64,000 nucleotides of DNA from Macrostomum lignano (GCA_002269645.1 NIVC01000469.1:310001-374000), one strand, 5' to 3'; counted from the first letter of the stretch, positions 11,915 through 25,645 are shown. The notes: generated by a model from the letters alone, not told the origin. Numbers and translations: made by a program.

Positions 11915-12422
11915 CTTTCCCCTGTCTTTCTTTCCTCCGCCCTGCGCAGGGCCTTGCTTGGACTCAACCGCAGGGACATCAGGACGGTGACCATGGGCCC
12001 TCTCGGGTCATGGCTGTTTTGCCAGGCATCGCCACCTCCAGGGGAAAATCCGCAGTGAGGAATGCCCTTTCTGCCTCTCCGGTGTCGAGAATGCGGAGCA
12101 CTTCATCTGTGAATTTGTGAATCTGCCTTTACTCAGGACAGGCTCACCTACCTCGGCCCAAACCCGGACCTCTCCGACGTTTTCAGGCCCGAGAATCTTT
12201 GCCAGCTAGTCCGCTACCTAAGGGCTACCGGGCGAGCGACAATCCACCTCCTGGATTCTCCGGAAGGGGACTGCGCTGCGGACACCGGCACCACCGGAAC
12301 TTCCTGCGCGACACCGCAGCACTAGCTGCCCGTGGTCTCCAGGGGCTAGCGAAATGGGCGGCAACGCCTCCTCGCTGTCTCCGGACGCACGGAGCCCCCT
12401 GCAGCTAAGTAAGTAAGTAAGT
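11915..12422 (+). mobile_element. 5'-truncated non-LTR retrotransposon 3' end (RNase H/CCHC type, LOA/I-group-like) with (TAAG)n tail
   Basis: Near-identical by eye to 30540-31029; encodes GLNRRDI...[18 protein letters not shown] with indels; ends TAAGTAAGTAAGTAAG. Confidence 0.82.
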
Positions 12423-13125
12423 TGGTCTCGCACTTGGCACTCAGACAGACAGGTTTTACACCGTCACTAGTTGACTCAACTGATTGCAGATTACAGACAC
12501 CTTGGCCAAAATAGTGCTCACACTGTACCTATCAATCAATTTGAGTTCTCAATCACAAGGACAACTGAAGTATATATAACGTAACTTCAGTTGTCCTTGC
12601 TCAGTCATTCTATCGGCAAAAGAAACAAATCTGGAAGGTGTTATCTAATACGAGCTACATCAGATTTAGTAAGGTTGCTGTGGATTCAAAGCTTATGGAG
12701 CGTCTTTTCAAGCAGAAATATTGAAATCATTTTGCACTCCGTTGCTGCAAGTCATCAAGATGTCAAGTCTTGCTCTGCAGTCTGTTCTCTCAGAGACTAT
12801 TAGAGGTTGCGCACTCGTAGTTCACTGAGCACCCATTCTCATGAAGTGGAACCATCAAATAATTACCACTCAGATGACCAATTATCCTTGAATTCGATGT
12901 CGCACACAATAAAAAAATTGTATTAAACTTTATTCAACTGTCCATAATCAAAGGAAACAAAGATTCCAAACTATTATTTAGCTTGAACAATTTCATCCAA
13001 GTTTGCTTGGCTTGGTAAACCAATTTATTTTGCAACAAATGTTTGTTGGAGGGCGTTGAATTTTCGACACAGCTCGTACAGTGTCAATCAAATTCTCCGC
13101 AGCATTTTAGCCGGCAATCGGGTGC

Positions 13126-13865
13126 TCACCTCCGCTTGTCAGGAAATGCGGCCAGGGCGGATCGCTTCACAATAGCGTAGTAGCAGGCTCGGATGGCGGC
13201 CTCTGTCTCAGGCTCGTAATTGCACTCATCGGGCATGGAGTACGTCTTGATAGCGTTCTCCACCTGCGAGCGGATTTGCTCGTAGGAGACGCCGCCGATG
13301 AGCTCGCAGTTCCTGTTCTCGACGATGCACGGCCTGAAGCGAGTCTCGAACAGCTCCATCATCTGCCTCTCAGCGTTCTGCAAAAGGTTCAAACGAATTT
13401 TTGTCTCAGCTTTCTGCTCTGGTCTGTTTACATAAAGAAGCACTGAACGTAATGACGCACCGCAATCTCGGTGGGATCGGTCTTGCCAGCGATAGCGCTC
13501 TGCCTGTAGGACCTGAGCATTACGGCGTAGCAGCATGAGCGGACGCACGATTCGATAGTGACGTTGCAGCTGCACTCAGAGGGCAGCCTGAGGGAGTGCA
13601 GCCGGCGGACAAGCGGCGCGAAGCTTTCGAAGTCCCAGCCGACATTTTCAGGGCAGTTGATTTTGTTCAGGATGCATGGCTTCGCATACTGTTCCAGCAT
13701 CCGCAGTGTATCTTCGCGATTGGTCTGCGAAATGGATATTAGTGTTTGAACTGAACATTAATTTTGCAACGGTAAACTAACAGTCTATTGGAGACTTACA
13801 GGCGCAGATGGAGTGTTACAAAGAGCCACGAGAGGCAGAACGACGAGAAGGGCAAAACGGAACAT
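13126..13865 (-). CDS. Unrecognised secreted two-domain Cys-rich protein, copy A (193 aa); exons 13865-13800, 13724-13461, 13377-13126
   Basis: Exon 1 is a signal peptide (MFRFALLVVLPLVALCNTPSAP); both introns are GT-AG and phase 0; the ORF is open to TGA; the gene is paralogous to copies B and C with the same intron positions. Confidence 0.88.
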
Positions 13866-14734
13866 TTTTTGCAGAAGGCGATTACTTTTTGCCAGAACTC
13901 ACACAACAGCTCTTAGCCAGTTAAAGTTATCGAAAAATCGGGAATTTTAACGTCCTTTTATTCATTTTTAATAACAAGGCCCAGTGCTCTCCAGTCCAGA
14001 CACAGCTGACTAAACTAATCAGGAGAAAACTCTAACTTTTGCTGTCTTCAACTGCTTACTAAAGCGCATCCGGGGTACCGGATTCGCAAATTTTGAGCAA
14101 ATACAGGACAATTAGCAAGTAATTAGCGAGTCCTGAAACTAATTTTGTGTCTCTCCAGACTGTTCATACAGCTGGCTGCTTGCCCACACTGATTTCGCCT
14201 GCAAATAGGAAGTGAAATTTCAAGTTTTCTCGATCGAAACTCCTCTTAATTGGTTGATCAATAAACTCCATTTGATTAAGGGTGACTGAATCGGAATTGC
14301 TTAGTTGGAACAAAAGCCTTTTAAAAAAGAAAGGAGCTTCCTCTGAAGCTGAAGGGTGGGGTTGAAATGCAGCTAGACTACCATCCTTAACATTGATCAG
14401 TGTGTGTAACACAAGAAGCCAAAGCTCTCGCACACAATGCGGATGCAGCAGTTCATTAGGGCTGCATCGAAGCTGCAGCCTGATTGGGATAAGCATGCAG
14501 CGAGGTCAGTTGACAGCGGCTTTTAAAAAACATTTGTTGCTGAAAATATTGAGTTTTTTAGTTTTAGCAAGGGTTACATACGAGCGTACACCTGGAGTTT
14601 GAGACTTTTGAGTTTTGAGACTAACTCTGCCTGAAACATATGTTAGGCGCATATTACCCAGTTTCAAAGTTTGTTTTATTTGACCCGGTTCATAAATTTC
14701 ATACATTTACATTTACAATCATGCATGTATGCAT

Positions 14735-15165
14735 ACACACACATACATCCCCCCACACACACGCATACATGCATTCACACATACATACAGTCACATGCAT
14801 ACATACATTCACAGACTTACCCTACGTTCACTCACACACACGCATACAAGCATCCACACATACATACAGTCACATGCATACATACATTCACAGACTTACC
14901 CTACGTTCACTCACACACACGCATGCATGCATTCACACATACATACAGTCACATGCATACATACATTCACAGACTTACCCTACGTTCACTCACACACACA
15001 CATGCATGCATTCACACATACATACAGTCACATGCATACATACATTCACAGACTTACCCTACGTTCACTCACACACACGCATGCACGCATTCACACATAC
15101 ATACAGTCACATGCATACATACATTCACAGACTTACCCTACGTTCACTCACACACACCTACATAC
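14735..15165. repeat. 79-bp CA-rich minisatellite, about 5.5 copies
   Basis: CAGTCACATG recurs at 14788, 14867 and 14946. Confidence 0.92.
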
Positions 15166-15254
15166 ACGCATAAAACTAACAAAATTACTCAGCACGACAG
15201 AATGACGCCGAATGCAACGCAAAGCAAAAACGCGTGTTTTGCATTGAGCTTGCT

Positions 15255-15362
15255 CGTTTAAGAGCTTCCTCGGACAGCGTCCAGACGGTCCAGGTCCTGG
15301 CGGCATACATTGAGGTGGTCTCCACGATCTCCTGGAAGAGCTGCGACTTAACGCCAGTCATA
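15255..15362 (-). mobile_element. Possible short RTE-type LINE RT C-terminal fragment
   Basis: Minus-strand translation KSQLFQEIVETTSMYAARTWTVWTLSEEALKR loosely resembles the RTE motif K.RLF...V...LLYG.ETWTL; short and weak. Confidence 0.35.
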
Positions 15363-16009
15363 CATACAGCGCCGCTAGAACAGGTGAATTAAAAAGTAAA
15401 AAAGAAAGATAAAAAGAAAACAGTTAAAAAAGAAAAAAAGTCAATAAGCATAATGAAATAATACCAAGTCTTTTCAATATTTCAAGTTTTAATTTAATTC
15501 GCAGAGTCAGTTTCAATTTGTCTAGAGAAATCTTAAACTGAATTGGAACGAATTCAATACTTGTAAACCTAGGCAAGTTAGGCATTTTAAATAGCTCCAT
15601 GTTAACATTGCTATGTGGTTGTATGGAGTCGGTCATATTGATTGGGTAAATGAATATTACACGAGTGTTACACTCGTATATTTCAGAACTTTTTAGCCGA
15701 GCGTCTTGCTACGGTACTTGGCTTTCTTTTTTGCTCTGCGAAAAATAAAATTACTGTGCTGGCTCACATATGTGTATGGCACTAAGCCCACAAACACAGC
15801 ACACATCTTTTGCCCATAAACCACACGATACTATATAAATCCTTCAGGCTTTTGCGGCACGAGGATTTCCGACTTTTTGCCCTAGACAACCTGCTGGATT
15901 TGTATTTTTTCTTGATTTCAAGAGCGGGCCGAGAAACGACATTCTTCGGCCCGCTAGTCAAACTGCATTCGCTTCAGTCTTGCGCAGAGGCTCAGAGGCT
16001 TTGAAAAAG

Positions 16010-19000
16010 CTTTGAAAATAGTCTATGGTTTATGCGACGCGATACAGTACTCTCCTTTGTTTGCTAAGCTTCGAATCTTTTCATTTAGGAGCACAAGACC
16101 CTAGGAGCGCGCTGCCGCTAAAATATAGCTTAATTTCAAACTACCATAATTCATTGACTTGGCGTTCCTCAAACAAAACATGGCGACGAGGATAAAAAGC
16201 AACTGAGGGTCGAGGAAAATTCCGCACCTGCTGCCCTCAAAATGGCTCAGTCAATGGAGTACCGTCTTGGTGAGATGCCACTTTCTTACCCAGAGATAGA
16301 ACAATACTTCAAACGACTTCTGTTCTACCTGGAGGCAACTGAGAAGAATGAGCAAGCTAAAGCAGTCCTACTGGCTACCTGCGGTGAATCTGCATTCAAT
16401 CTGGTGGAGGAGCTGATAAAACCAGAAGACATCACCAAGGCCGGTGTTACGTTCAAGTCGATTCAGGACACTTTGCTCGAGCACTTCAAACCGAAAGTTC
16501 TGCTTCATTATGAGCGACATGTGTTCCATTCTACTGTTCAAAAGGACGCGGAGAGCATTACAAATTTCGTTGCACGGCTCAAGCAACAGGCGAACAAGTG
16601 CCAATATGGTGAATTGCGCGAAGACCTGATCCTGTCTCAGTTCATCTTCGGACTTCGTAGTCAGAATCTGCGGCAAAAACTGCTATCCAAAGGCACGCTT
16701 GAGCTTAATGATGCTATTCAAGAGGGACTCATGACCGAGTCAATTGCAACTGCTACAGACAAGCCGGAAACTATCGCTAATGTGCAGAATGCTGGGACAT
16801 TCTCGAGACCAAGAAGCTGCAGTGCCCAACGCTCTGTCTCATTCAAGCAACCTCAGGGACATCTGCATAATCAGTCGAGCGGCAAACCTAAAGGTAAAAC
16901 GGCTAAGTGTCACACCTGTGGGAAATCGGGACATCTACGATCAGCATGCAGGTTCCGAGAAGCCAAGTGCCATAAATGCGGCAAGGTAGGACATCTAGCT
17001 ACCGTGTGCAGATCAAAGGCTATGAACGCAATCCAACGAATGCCAAGCTGCAGCCCTTCACCAGGGAACACTAGCTCTTACCATCTGGAACTCATTCATG
17101 CGGTTAGACAGCCAAAAACGGGTTACTCAGATCAGTGGTTTGTTCGGTGTCGTCTAGGAAAAACCGAAGTCAACATGCTTGTGGACACCGGCAGCCAAGT
17201 AACCGTGGTTCCGGATCAAATCGCCAAGAGCTCAGGCTTAGAGTTACAGCCAGTCAGCCAAAAACTAAGATCTTACGGAGGTTTTCAAGCTACGGTCACT
17301 TCTGTCATCTACGGGGCAAAGCTACAGGTTATTGGTGGCAAGTCTGCTTCAGAAAACATCTACGTCGGTCATGATACAACAGCTATTCTGGGCATGAACT
17401 TCATACCGTCCCTAGACCTAGTGCGAATGGATCAAGCGGTTCGAGTGTCGAATGAACACAAGTGCCTACCAGTCGTCCGAGATCAAAACTCAAACTTCAT
17501 TGCCAGCTTTCGCTTACGTTCGGGTGTGAGTATGGAAGGCATGCGATTTCCTGCTCGCTCACTTCCTTTCTCCATGAAGTCTATGGTAGAAACCGAACTA
17601 AGAAGACTTCTTGCTTCAGGAATCATCTATTCAGTCAAGAATCCTACTGTTGCAGCGCCAATAGTCCCAGTGGTCAAGCCCGAGGGATCAGTAAGACCTA
17701 TTCGACTGTGTGGCGACTACTCTATGACGCTCAATCGTCTTATTGACGTGGACAAGTACAGGTTTCCGAAGATGGAGGAGATCCTGGCTAAGATTCCCAA
17801 CGCTAAATTCTATACGGTCCTAGACTTAGAACAGGCCTTCTTACAGGTGGCTCTATCCCCTGAGAGCCAAGAGCTCACATGCATTTCTACTCACATGGGA
17901 TTCTTTGCATTCAGATATCTACAATTCGGGATTTCCGCGGCGCCTCTAATATTTCAGGAAATCATGGACGAAGTTCTTCGGGATGTACCATTTACAGCCT
18001 CATATCAGGATGACATCATTATTGGGACTCCTGAGGATTCAGCCGAAAAACACATGCAGCTGGTTCGTCAAGTCAAGGATCGTTTGGCAAACTGCGGGTT
18101 CAAGATTAACCAGAGAAAGTCTCAAGAATGTCGTAGAGAAGTTCGATTTCTTGGCTTCATTTTGCGCGATGGAGGCATGCACCCCGACCCAGCACGAATG
18201 GAGGCGTGGAAGAGGTTACCATATCCAAAAGACAAAGACCAACTGCGCAGCGCTCTGTGCACCTTCCGACACTATGGCGTCTTCTGCAAGAACTTTTCAA
18301 TGATTGCACGACCGTTATATCAGCTGCTGAAGAAAGGAGTTCACTGGAGTTGGCATGGAAAGCAGTCTGAGGCATTCGACAAGCTTAAGAGCATTATTGC
18401 AGGCGGTGTGATAACCGCATACGACATTACGAAGCCGTTGTACTTGATTTGTGACGCCTCTAAGGATGGCCTCGGGTACGTTCTAGCTCATGATCCAATG
18501 CAAAGACAGGTTGTCTGGCTAGGCAGCCGAGTCCTGACTCCAGCGGAGAGCAACTACGCTAACATTGAGCGGGAGGCGTTAGCGATCGTCGAAGGGACCA
18601 GATACTTTTATCAGTACCTCGCGGGTCGAAAATTTACCATCATTTCTGATCACCGACCGCTTCAGTACATATTTAATCCGAACAAGGTCTCCGAGCGAGT
18701 TTCAGCAAGGATTCAGCGATGGGCATTACTGTTAAGAGCTTACGATTACAATGTGATGTACGTCAAGGGTGAAAAGATGTACGCTGCAGACACTTTGTCT
18801 AGACTTCCATTGCAGTCGGACTCAGCGGATCAGAAGATCAACCTCCTAGAAATCAATGCACTGGAGGGTTTCGGAAACTCCGAACAGCTACTGCAGAGGA
18901 TCGTGCGAACTAAAGATTACAAGTTGGACATGCTCAAGAAGTACATTCAAGACGGCTGGCCTGCTTATCCACCACCAGCTATGCTGCCATATGCACGCAA

Positions 19001-20359
19001 TAAGTTGGAATACACACTCCAAAATGGAGTGATTTTCAAAGGATTGCGCATCGTCCCACCCTCTAGCCTGAGAAGCGAAATTCTTCAGATGCTTCACGAG
19101 GACCACCCCGGCATCGTGAGGATGCTACGTCTATCCAGACAGTACTTCTGGTGGCCCGATATAGATGCTCAAATCAATGCATTCGTTCAACGTTGTGTTC
19201 AATGCCAGCTACATGCTAGGAAAAGAAGCAATGCAAATCTGTCGTCATGGCCGGAGACAAAAAGTTTCTTCGAGAGAGTTCACGTTGACATCGCTACTTT
19301 CAAAGGTCAACGCTTCCTTGTCCTGGTTGACCATTTTCAAAATGGGTAGATGTACAGTCCGTGCCGTCAATGAAAGCATCCATTGTCATCAGTGCGCTGA
19401 GAAAAACGTTCAAGTATACCGGATTGCCGAAAAATCTGGTTTCGGACAATGGTGGAACTTTTGTGGCAGAAGATTTCGTTACTTTCCTGCGAGAGAACTA
19501 CATCGTCCACACACTTACTCCCCCAGGACATCATCAGTCCAACGGTCAGGTGGAGAGAGTCATTGAAGAATTGAAGTTTTATTTAAGAAAGTTAAACGCT
19601 GGTGCCAATCTTTCTGAGCTGGAAAGGCATTTAGCAGGATTCTGCCTGTTTCAGAATACGACTCCTCACTGCAATGGATCAATTCCAGCACTTCTGGTGT
19701 TTCAGCAGTCGCCCCGAACACGTCTATCAGCCGTTTGTACAGAGAGGACGAGGCCGGTTCAAGAGCCAGTTCCTGTTTTCGTGCGTGTGGAGCACAAGGA
19801 GCAACGGGTCCCCTCTGAGCTGAAGTCTACAGTTGGTACAAATACTTTCCGAGACGCAGAAGGACGACTAGTGCACCAGTCCGATGCTACTGCTCGTACA
19901 GAGGAACTACCGATTGATGATTCGAAGCAGTCTGGGATCACCCCTCGTGATACTGATGCAACTACGTGCCAAGACAGTGCTACGACAAGTCCAATGCGCC
20001 ATGCAATGCAGTCGCCTAGGCACAAGGAACACGGTGTGCTCGAGTTCCGTAGGAGCACGCGAGTCAGGCGACCTCCGGAACGATTGACTTATTACTGAAT
20101 TGCTTGAGGCGTAACTTTGAACTGCACTGTATAAGCATCGGTGGGGGTGTTGCGTATTGCTATGACTACTGCAAAGTATAGACTTTTACTTTGAAAATAG
20201 TCTATGGTTTATGCGACGCGATACAGTACTCTCCTTTGTTTGCTAAGCTTCGAATCTTTTCATTTAGGAGCACAAGACCCTAGGAGCGCGCTGCCGCTAA
20301 AATATAGCTTAATTTCAAACTACCATAATTCATTGACTTGGCGTTCCTCAAACAAAACA
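16010..20359 (+). mobile_element. Young Ty3/Gypsy LTR retrotransposon (Mag/K02A2.6-like). 3' LTR 20148-20359 (TG...CA); 5' LTR 16010-16180 lacks its first 41 bp; PBS 16181-16193; PPT ~20140-20147
   Basis: 171 bp are identical between the LTRs. PBS TGGCGACGAGGAT is complementary to the 3' end of eukaryotic tRNA-Ser(GCU) (ATCCTCGTCG-CCA). GGTGGGGG precedes the 3' LTR. Confidence 0.95.
16242..20098 (+). CDS. Gag-Pol polyprotein (two CCHC knuckles, aspartic protease, RT, RNase H, integrase) with one -1 frameshift near 19335
   Basis: CHTCGKSGHLRSAC, CHKCGKVGHLATVC, LVDTGS, RLCGDY, YQDDII, CDASKDG, SDHRPL, integrase H..HPGI...C..C, VSDNG, SNGQVER. CATTTTCAAAATGG is one T short of the expected DHFSKW. 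Confidence 0.93.
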
Positions 20360-20470
20360 AATACAAACCCTGTGATTCTAATATCTCCTGACAAATTCAA
20401 ACCTGACCCATAGCAGGGTCTTTCTGAGCAAGCTACAATGAGCAAGCTTCTGTCAAGCTACAATGATAGA

Positions 20471-20742
20471 TTGTGTATATGGTTTTGGAGGTAGACAATG
20501 GATAAATAATCAAGCGGTCCCAGTGCGTGACAACGATTGTCTGGCGAGCGCCGGTAGGCGCGAGCCATAGACAAATCGTTGTCACGTGCTGCGACCGCTG
20601 ATTCTTTGCATTGTTTTTCTGTTTGCCGATCCTACAGACAATGCATTGTTTGCAGTAATGGATTGTTCTGCATTAAAAATGTGAATAATGATCGTCAAAT
20701 TGCTAAAATTTATCATTGTCTATGACAAAACCATATACACAA
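20471..20742. mobile_element. Fold-back MITE-like element of about 270 bp with an internal hairpin
   Basis: TTGTGTATATGGTTTTG (20471) and CAAAACCATATACACAA (ending 20742) form a perfect inverted repeat that extends inward imperfectly; inner hairpin CGTGACAACGATT...AATCGTTGTCACG at ~20524-20586. No TSD identified. Confidence 0.65.
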
Positions 20743-21069
20743 ACACATTGTCTCATGAATGTATTTTTAGAAGCCTAAAATAATGATTCCTAAGCGTGGA
20801 ATAATGAGCGTACAGCATGACACAATGATCTTATCTTTAAAAATAATTGTTGGAATATTTTTGCATTAGCATTAACTTTCCGCTGCGTAAATAAAATGCA
20901 AGACAAAGATTTAAACACAGATTTTGCAATGTTGTACCCAGTACCAAACTAGCGTAACTTCATCGGATATCGAGCTTTGTTTATTTCCATTGTTCTCATA
21001 TAGATCTGATACACTGATCTGTGCATCACGTCAAGTCAATTTTCCGATTCATTGTGAGTTGCCGGGTGC

Positions 21070-21797
21070 TCACTTCTTCTCAGGAAAGGCGGCCAGAGCA
21101 GACCGCTTCAAGAAAGCGTAGTAGCAGACGCGGATGGCGGTCTCCGACTCGACCTCAAAGTTGCACTCGTCGGGCAATGAGTAGGCCTTGACCATCTGCA
21201 GCACCTGGTTGCGAATTTGCTCATAGTTGATGCCGCCAGCCAGCTCGCAGTTCTTGTTCTCCAGAATGCACGGCTTGTAGTAAGTCTCGAACAGCTGCAT
21301 CATCTGCCTCTCGGCATTCTACAAACGTGCGTTCAGCTGCACTTACTCTTAGGGAAACTTGAGGACTGCCAGCAAGAATGTGTAACTCACTTCGATCTCA
21401 GCAGGATCGGTCAAGCCGTTGAGCACGCTCTTCCTGTAGGTATTCAGCATGATGGCATAGTAACACGGACGGATGCACGACTCACTGCTGACGTCGCAGT
21501 CGCACTCAGGAGGCGGCCTGTGAGCTCGCATCTGGCGGACCATTGGAGCGAAATTCTCGAATTTCCAATCGTCGTTCTCAGGCGGACAGTTCGTGTTGTC
21601 CACGATGCAGGGCCTCACGTGCTCCTCCAGCATCTTTAGCATCTCCTCTCGACTGGACTGAAACAATTGGAATGTTAAAGCGGCTTCTACACCAGCCTCA
21701 TCGCCAAAGCACTGCATTAGTAACATTCTCTTACCGTGGATGCAGTGATGCACAGAGCGACAATTGGCAGGACGACAAGCAGTGCAAAACGAAGCAT
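21070..21797 (-). CDS. Unrecognised secreted two-domain Cys-rich protein, copy B (192 aa); exons 21797-21735, 21657-21391, 21318-21070
   Basis: Signal peptide MLRFALLVVLPIVALCITAST; phase-0 GT-AG introns; open to TGA. Confidence 0.9.
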
Positions 21798-22789
21798 TGT
21801 CGTTCGGTATTCGGACTCGATTTGGACTGTCGGCTTTTTTGGAGCTGTGTGAACGACTGTCTTGTATTGTTGAGCATGGAGACTGGCAACGATCCTTGCT
21901 TCCTTATATCCCCTCGATTCTCAAGCTGAAATGACTCTCTATTGACTCAACTGAACAAACTCTTCTGATATCAATCCAACTACTCGAGGTCGATATTGGA
22001 ATTGAATTGGCTTTTCTGCATTTAGGGGAGAGAAAGTTTTGCTAATTGTTTTTTTCGGCGCAGTTCCACTTCACTCACTACTTCATTTTAAAGAGATTCG
22101 GAATTTGATGACAGATATTTTGGAAATTGGAAGCATTACATTCTTTTTCTAGACTGACTAGGAAGATATTCTTGTTTTGGTTAACATTACTGCATGAAAT
22201 TCTGGGAGAAGTTTCCCTTTTACCCACCCTAGCAACGCCGCTAAATTGAAATGGTGTTCTCCTAGACTAATCTAAACCTCTACAAACTACCTTGGTATTT
22301 AGTATAATCTGCCTTGGTATTGAGCACACGAAAAACAGTTATTAGCAATAAAGGTCGGTTAAACATAATTTATTCGTGCAATTAAAAGCCTTTGTCAATA
22401 CCGGTAAAAGTTACGAGCGTAAAGCTAAATGCGGTTCACTTCAGTGAATTACAATAAAATTGAAGTGATCGGATTCGTTCATTTGTTTGTTTAGCTGATT
22501 GAAAGCGGCTGAAATTTTCTAGAGAACAGAATGAAGCAGCAATCCGATTATTGAACTGAAAAACTATTGTTTGCACATGAGAAAGTTCGGTAGCATTTGA
22601 GCACTCGATTTTTAGTCGTTGCACTGCGTGAACAGCAAAACTCTAGAGACTCAGTTTTTTACTGTCAGATTTGCAACTAGCTTCAATATTGCTTTCGTTG
22701 TCAGTATCAAAATTAATTGCTCTTTTGCATCAAAAATTTGGCTCCACAAATTCTTAATGTAGGGGGGCTCTGTGGGGCTTCATTGATGC

Positions 22790-23485
22790 AGGTCGAAGGC
22801 TGTACGGTAGCGGCGTCCCATTTAAAGGCTGGAGGGTAGCGACGTCCCATCAAAGGGCTAGGGAATGGTGATGTCTCATCAAAGGGCTAGGGAATGGTGA
22901 TGTCTCATCGAAGGGCTGGATAATGGTGATGTCTCATCAAAGGGCTGGAGGTTGGAGATGTGTCATCAAAAGGCTGGAGGATGGAGATGTGTCATCAAAA
23001 GCCTGGAGGACGGTGATGTCTCATCGAAGGGCTGGATAATGGTGATGTCCCGTCGAAGGGCTGGAGGATGATGATGTCTCATCGAAGAGGAGGGTAGCGA
23101 CGTCCATCGAAAGGCTGGAGGACGGTGATGTCCTATCGAAGGGCTGGAGGATGGTGATGTCCCATCGAAGGGCTGGAGGATGATGATGTCTCATCGAAGG
23201 GCTGGAGGACGGTGATGTCTCATCGAAGGGCTGGATAATGGTGATGTCCCGTCGAAGGGCTGGAGGATGATGATGTCTCATCAAAGAGGAGGGTAGCGAC
23301 GTCCATCGAAAGGCTGGAGGACGGTGATGTCCCGTCGAAGGGCTGGAGAATGGTGATGTCCCGTCGAAGGGCTGGAGGATGGTGATGTCTCATCGAAGGG
23401 CTGGAGGATGGTGATGTCCCGTCGAAGGGCTGGAGGATGGTGATGTCTCATCGAAGGGCTGGAGGGTAGCGACGTCCCATTGAAG
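22790..23485. repeat. Degenerate 29-bp minisatellite (GGTGATGTCYCRTCGAAGGGCTGGAGGAT)n with apparent higher-order duplication
   Basis: Repeated unit read directly; the variant block GAGGGTAGCGACGTCCATCGAAAGG recurs at ~23090 and ~23290. Confidence 0.9.
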
Positions 23486-24359
23486 GATCGGAGGACATTG
23501 TCCCTTGATTTTACTTCAAGATAAGTGTGCTTTGAGCAGACTGTGGAAGCAAGTTCGCTACACTGGGGTTCAGGCCCGATGAGACCAATATCGGGTGGTG
23601 AAGGCAGGTGCAAGGTGAGAAGTTAAGCATTACTTTTTAGCGTTAAACGCGAAGTACCTACTCGTAGAAGAAAAATAAGCTTCATTGGACTGCCCATCAA
23701 AATATAGAACTACCTTTCAGCAAATTTTAAAATAAGAAGTCCCAAATTTTATCTATAAACTGGTTCGTTGAATGTTGCTGCTTAGATACGAGTGTATAAA
23801 TTGGTTGAATCATAGATTACGAGTACAATAACAAACGATGCCATCGTGGGATGAAGAAGCCATGGGTTAAAAAATTCCCGGAGCAAAATAAGAACCAAAA
23901 TGATTGATAGATTCTAGGTGTTTTTGTACGCGTACGAGTATTCTAACAAAAAGTTCATTGATATTCAAATCAAATGCATTCGCTCTGTCGGTGGAAATTA
24001 CCTGTTTGCTTGAGTTTTTATGAATCGATAAATGGAAAATCATCTCTACGAGTACACAGACAGCTGTGCAACCAATAATCCACCCATTTATGCCTCTGCA
24101 CCTCCTCTTAATTGCTTTTGCGTTTGCCCACCTGGGCAGCTTCGACTTTGAAATCGGCGGCTCATAATGTCGTAGTCAGCTCATAATCCTTTCAACGTTA
24201 AATTTCCTTTTGATAAAAACAGCAGCTGAGTTTACATTAAACCGCGCGGTAGCTGATCTGCAGACTGACTCAATAAAAGGTAGTCCGATTGTCTCAGTTG
24301 TTTGACTATTTTACAGGCATTAATGGTTTAAACCTTGCCTGAACTGCATCAGCTGCACC

Positions 24360-25009
24360 ATGAAGCTGCAGAATCTGATTCTGACGCTGTGCTTTGCGAT
24401 GGCGGCCGTCGATGAGGAGTCTGCAGCTGTTTGCGCTTAAAATCCCTGATGATTCTCCTCACCAAAATCACCCTAGCCATATCTGATGTGCTCATACACA
24501 AGAGAATCGCTCCCCATATATTCGTACTTTCTAGATGCCTGTCCAACTCTCTACTTGAGCAGGAGCAACATTAGCGGGGTCATGTCATCGAGCCACGGCT
24601 TCCCGCGAGTCTGCGGTGTTGAGTACTGCCACAATCTGAATTGCAACTACGAACTCGTTCCCGCGCGCAACAACTCAGGCCGCGGGGTGATTGTCCGGTT
24701 CGACATTTCAACACGGAGAGCTATCACGATTTTGTGCGGCTGGAGTACATCAACTTGCAGGGACAGCTCGTCACTGGACAGTTCAGCGGAAGTGTCGGCT
24801 CGTTCCGTGCGCGTCTGCCCGCCATGCAGGGCACTCCGGTTAGGATGCGGTGGAACACGGACAGCAGTGTGAACAGCCTCGGCTTCCTAATGAGGTTCCA
24901 TGCTGTGCCGGCTCCCCCTGTGCGCCGGTACAGGCTGGGTGGCATGCTGGAAGTGAGTGAGAACGGAGTTCGCGGCTCAGTCAGGGTCGAGAAGGCCAAG
25001 CGAAAGTGA
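24360..25009 (+). pseudogene. Single-CUB-domain secreted protein, copy 1, probable pseudogene; exon 1 24360-24411, exon 2 24535-25009
   Basis: Signal-like MKLQNLILTLCFAMAAV. The donor position reads AT (24412-13) where the paralogues have GT. There is a 1-bp deletion near 24700 (DACPTLY...VRFD switches frame to HFNTESYHD). It ends RYRLGGMLEV...EKAKRK like the paralogues. Confidence 0.82.
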
Positions 25010-25645
25010 CTGACATATGTAGCTGCTGGTTTCTGAAATGGTAGACGCGCAATGATATTTAATTTAAAGATGATTAAAATAAGCAAGCATAAAATATACT
25101 GGATTATCTGTTCAACTCTTGGCCCACTCGCTTACAAAATGACCTTGCAGCTTTCGTTACACCAACACAGTGCGGATAGCGCTCTTTCGACGCTTATAAG
25201 TTAGACTATACACTATACGATGACATTAAAGTGCAATTCAAAGCTGTTGTTTACCAGATGTGGGGGCACATTACAATGGGCTTCGAATTAAAAAACTCAT
25301 GTTTAAATTTTTGAAGCATTATTAGCTGATATTTTTGTTGAGGTAACCTTTCTTCAAACTTCACCTTGAAACTCTACAGGACTGAAACTGGAAGAGCCAA
25401 TGCATTATTCCAGAACTGTTTGCTATAGTACAAACCCATTGAATAATATTCCGATATCGATTGAGTAAGATCTTTAACTGGAAACTGGAAAGTTGAGTCA
25501 ATAGAGAGTCATTTCAGTTTGAGAATCGAGGGGATATAAGGAAGAAAGGACGTTGCCAGTCTCCATGCTCAACAATACAAGACAGCCGTCTCACACAGCT
25601 CCGCAAAAGCCGACAGTCCAAATCGAGTCCGAATACCGAACGACA

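Noticed and set aside
14640-15261. His/Thr-rich ORFs
   Set aside because: Translations of the 79-bp CA-rich minisatellite.
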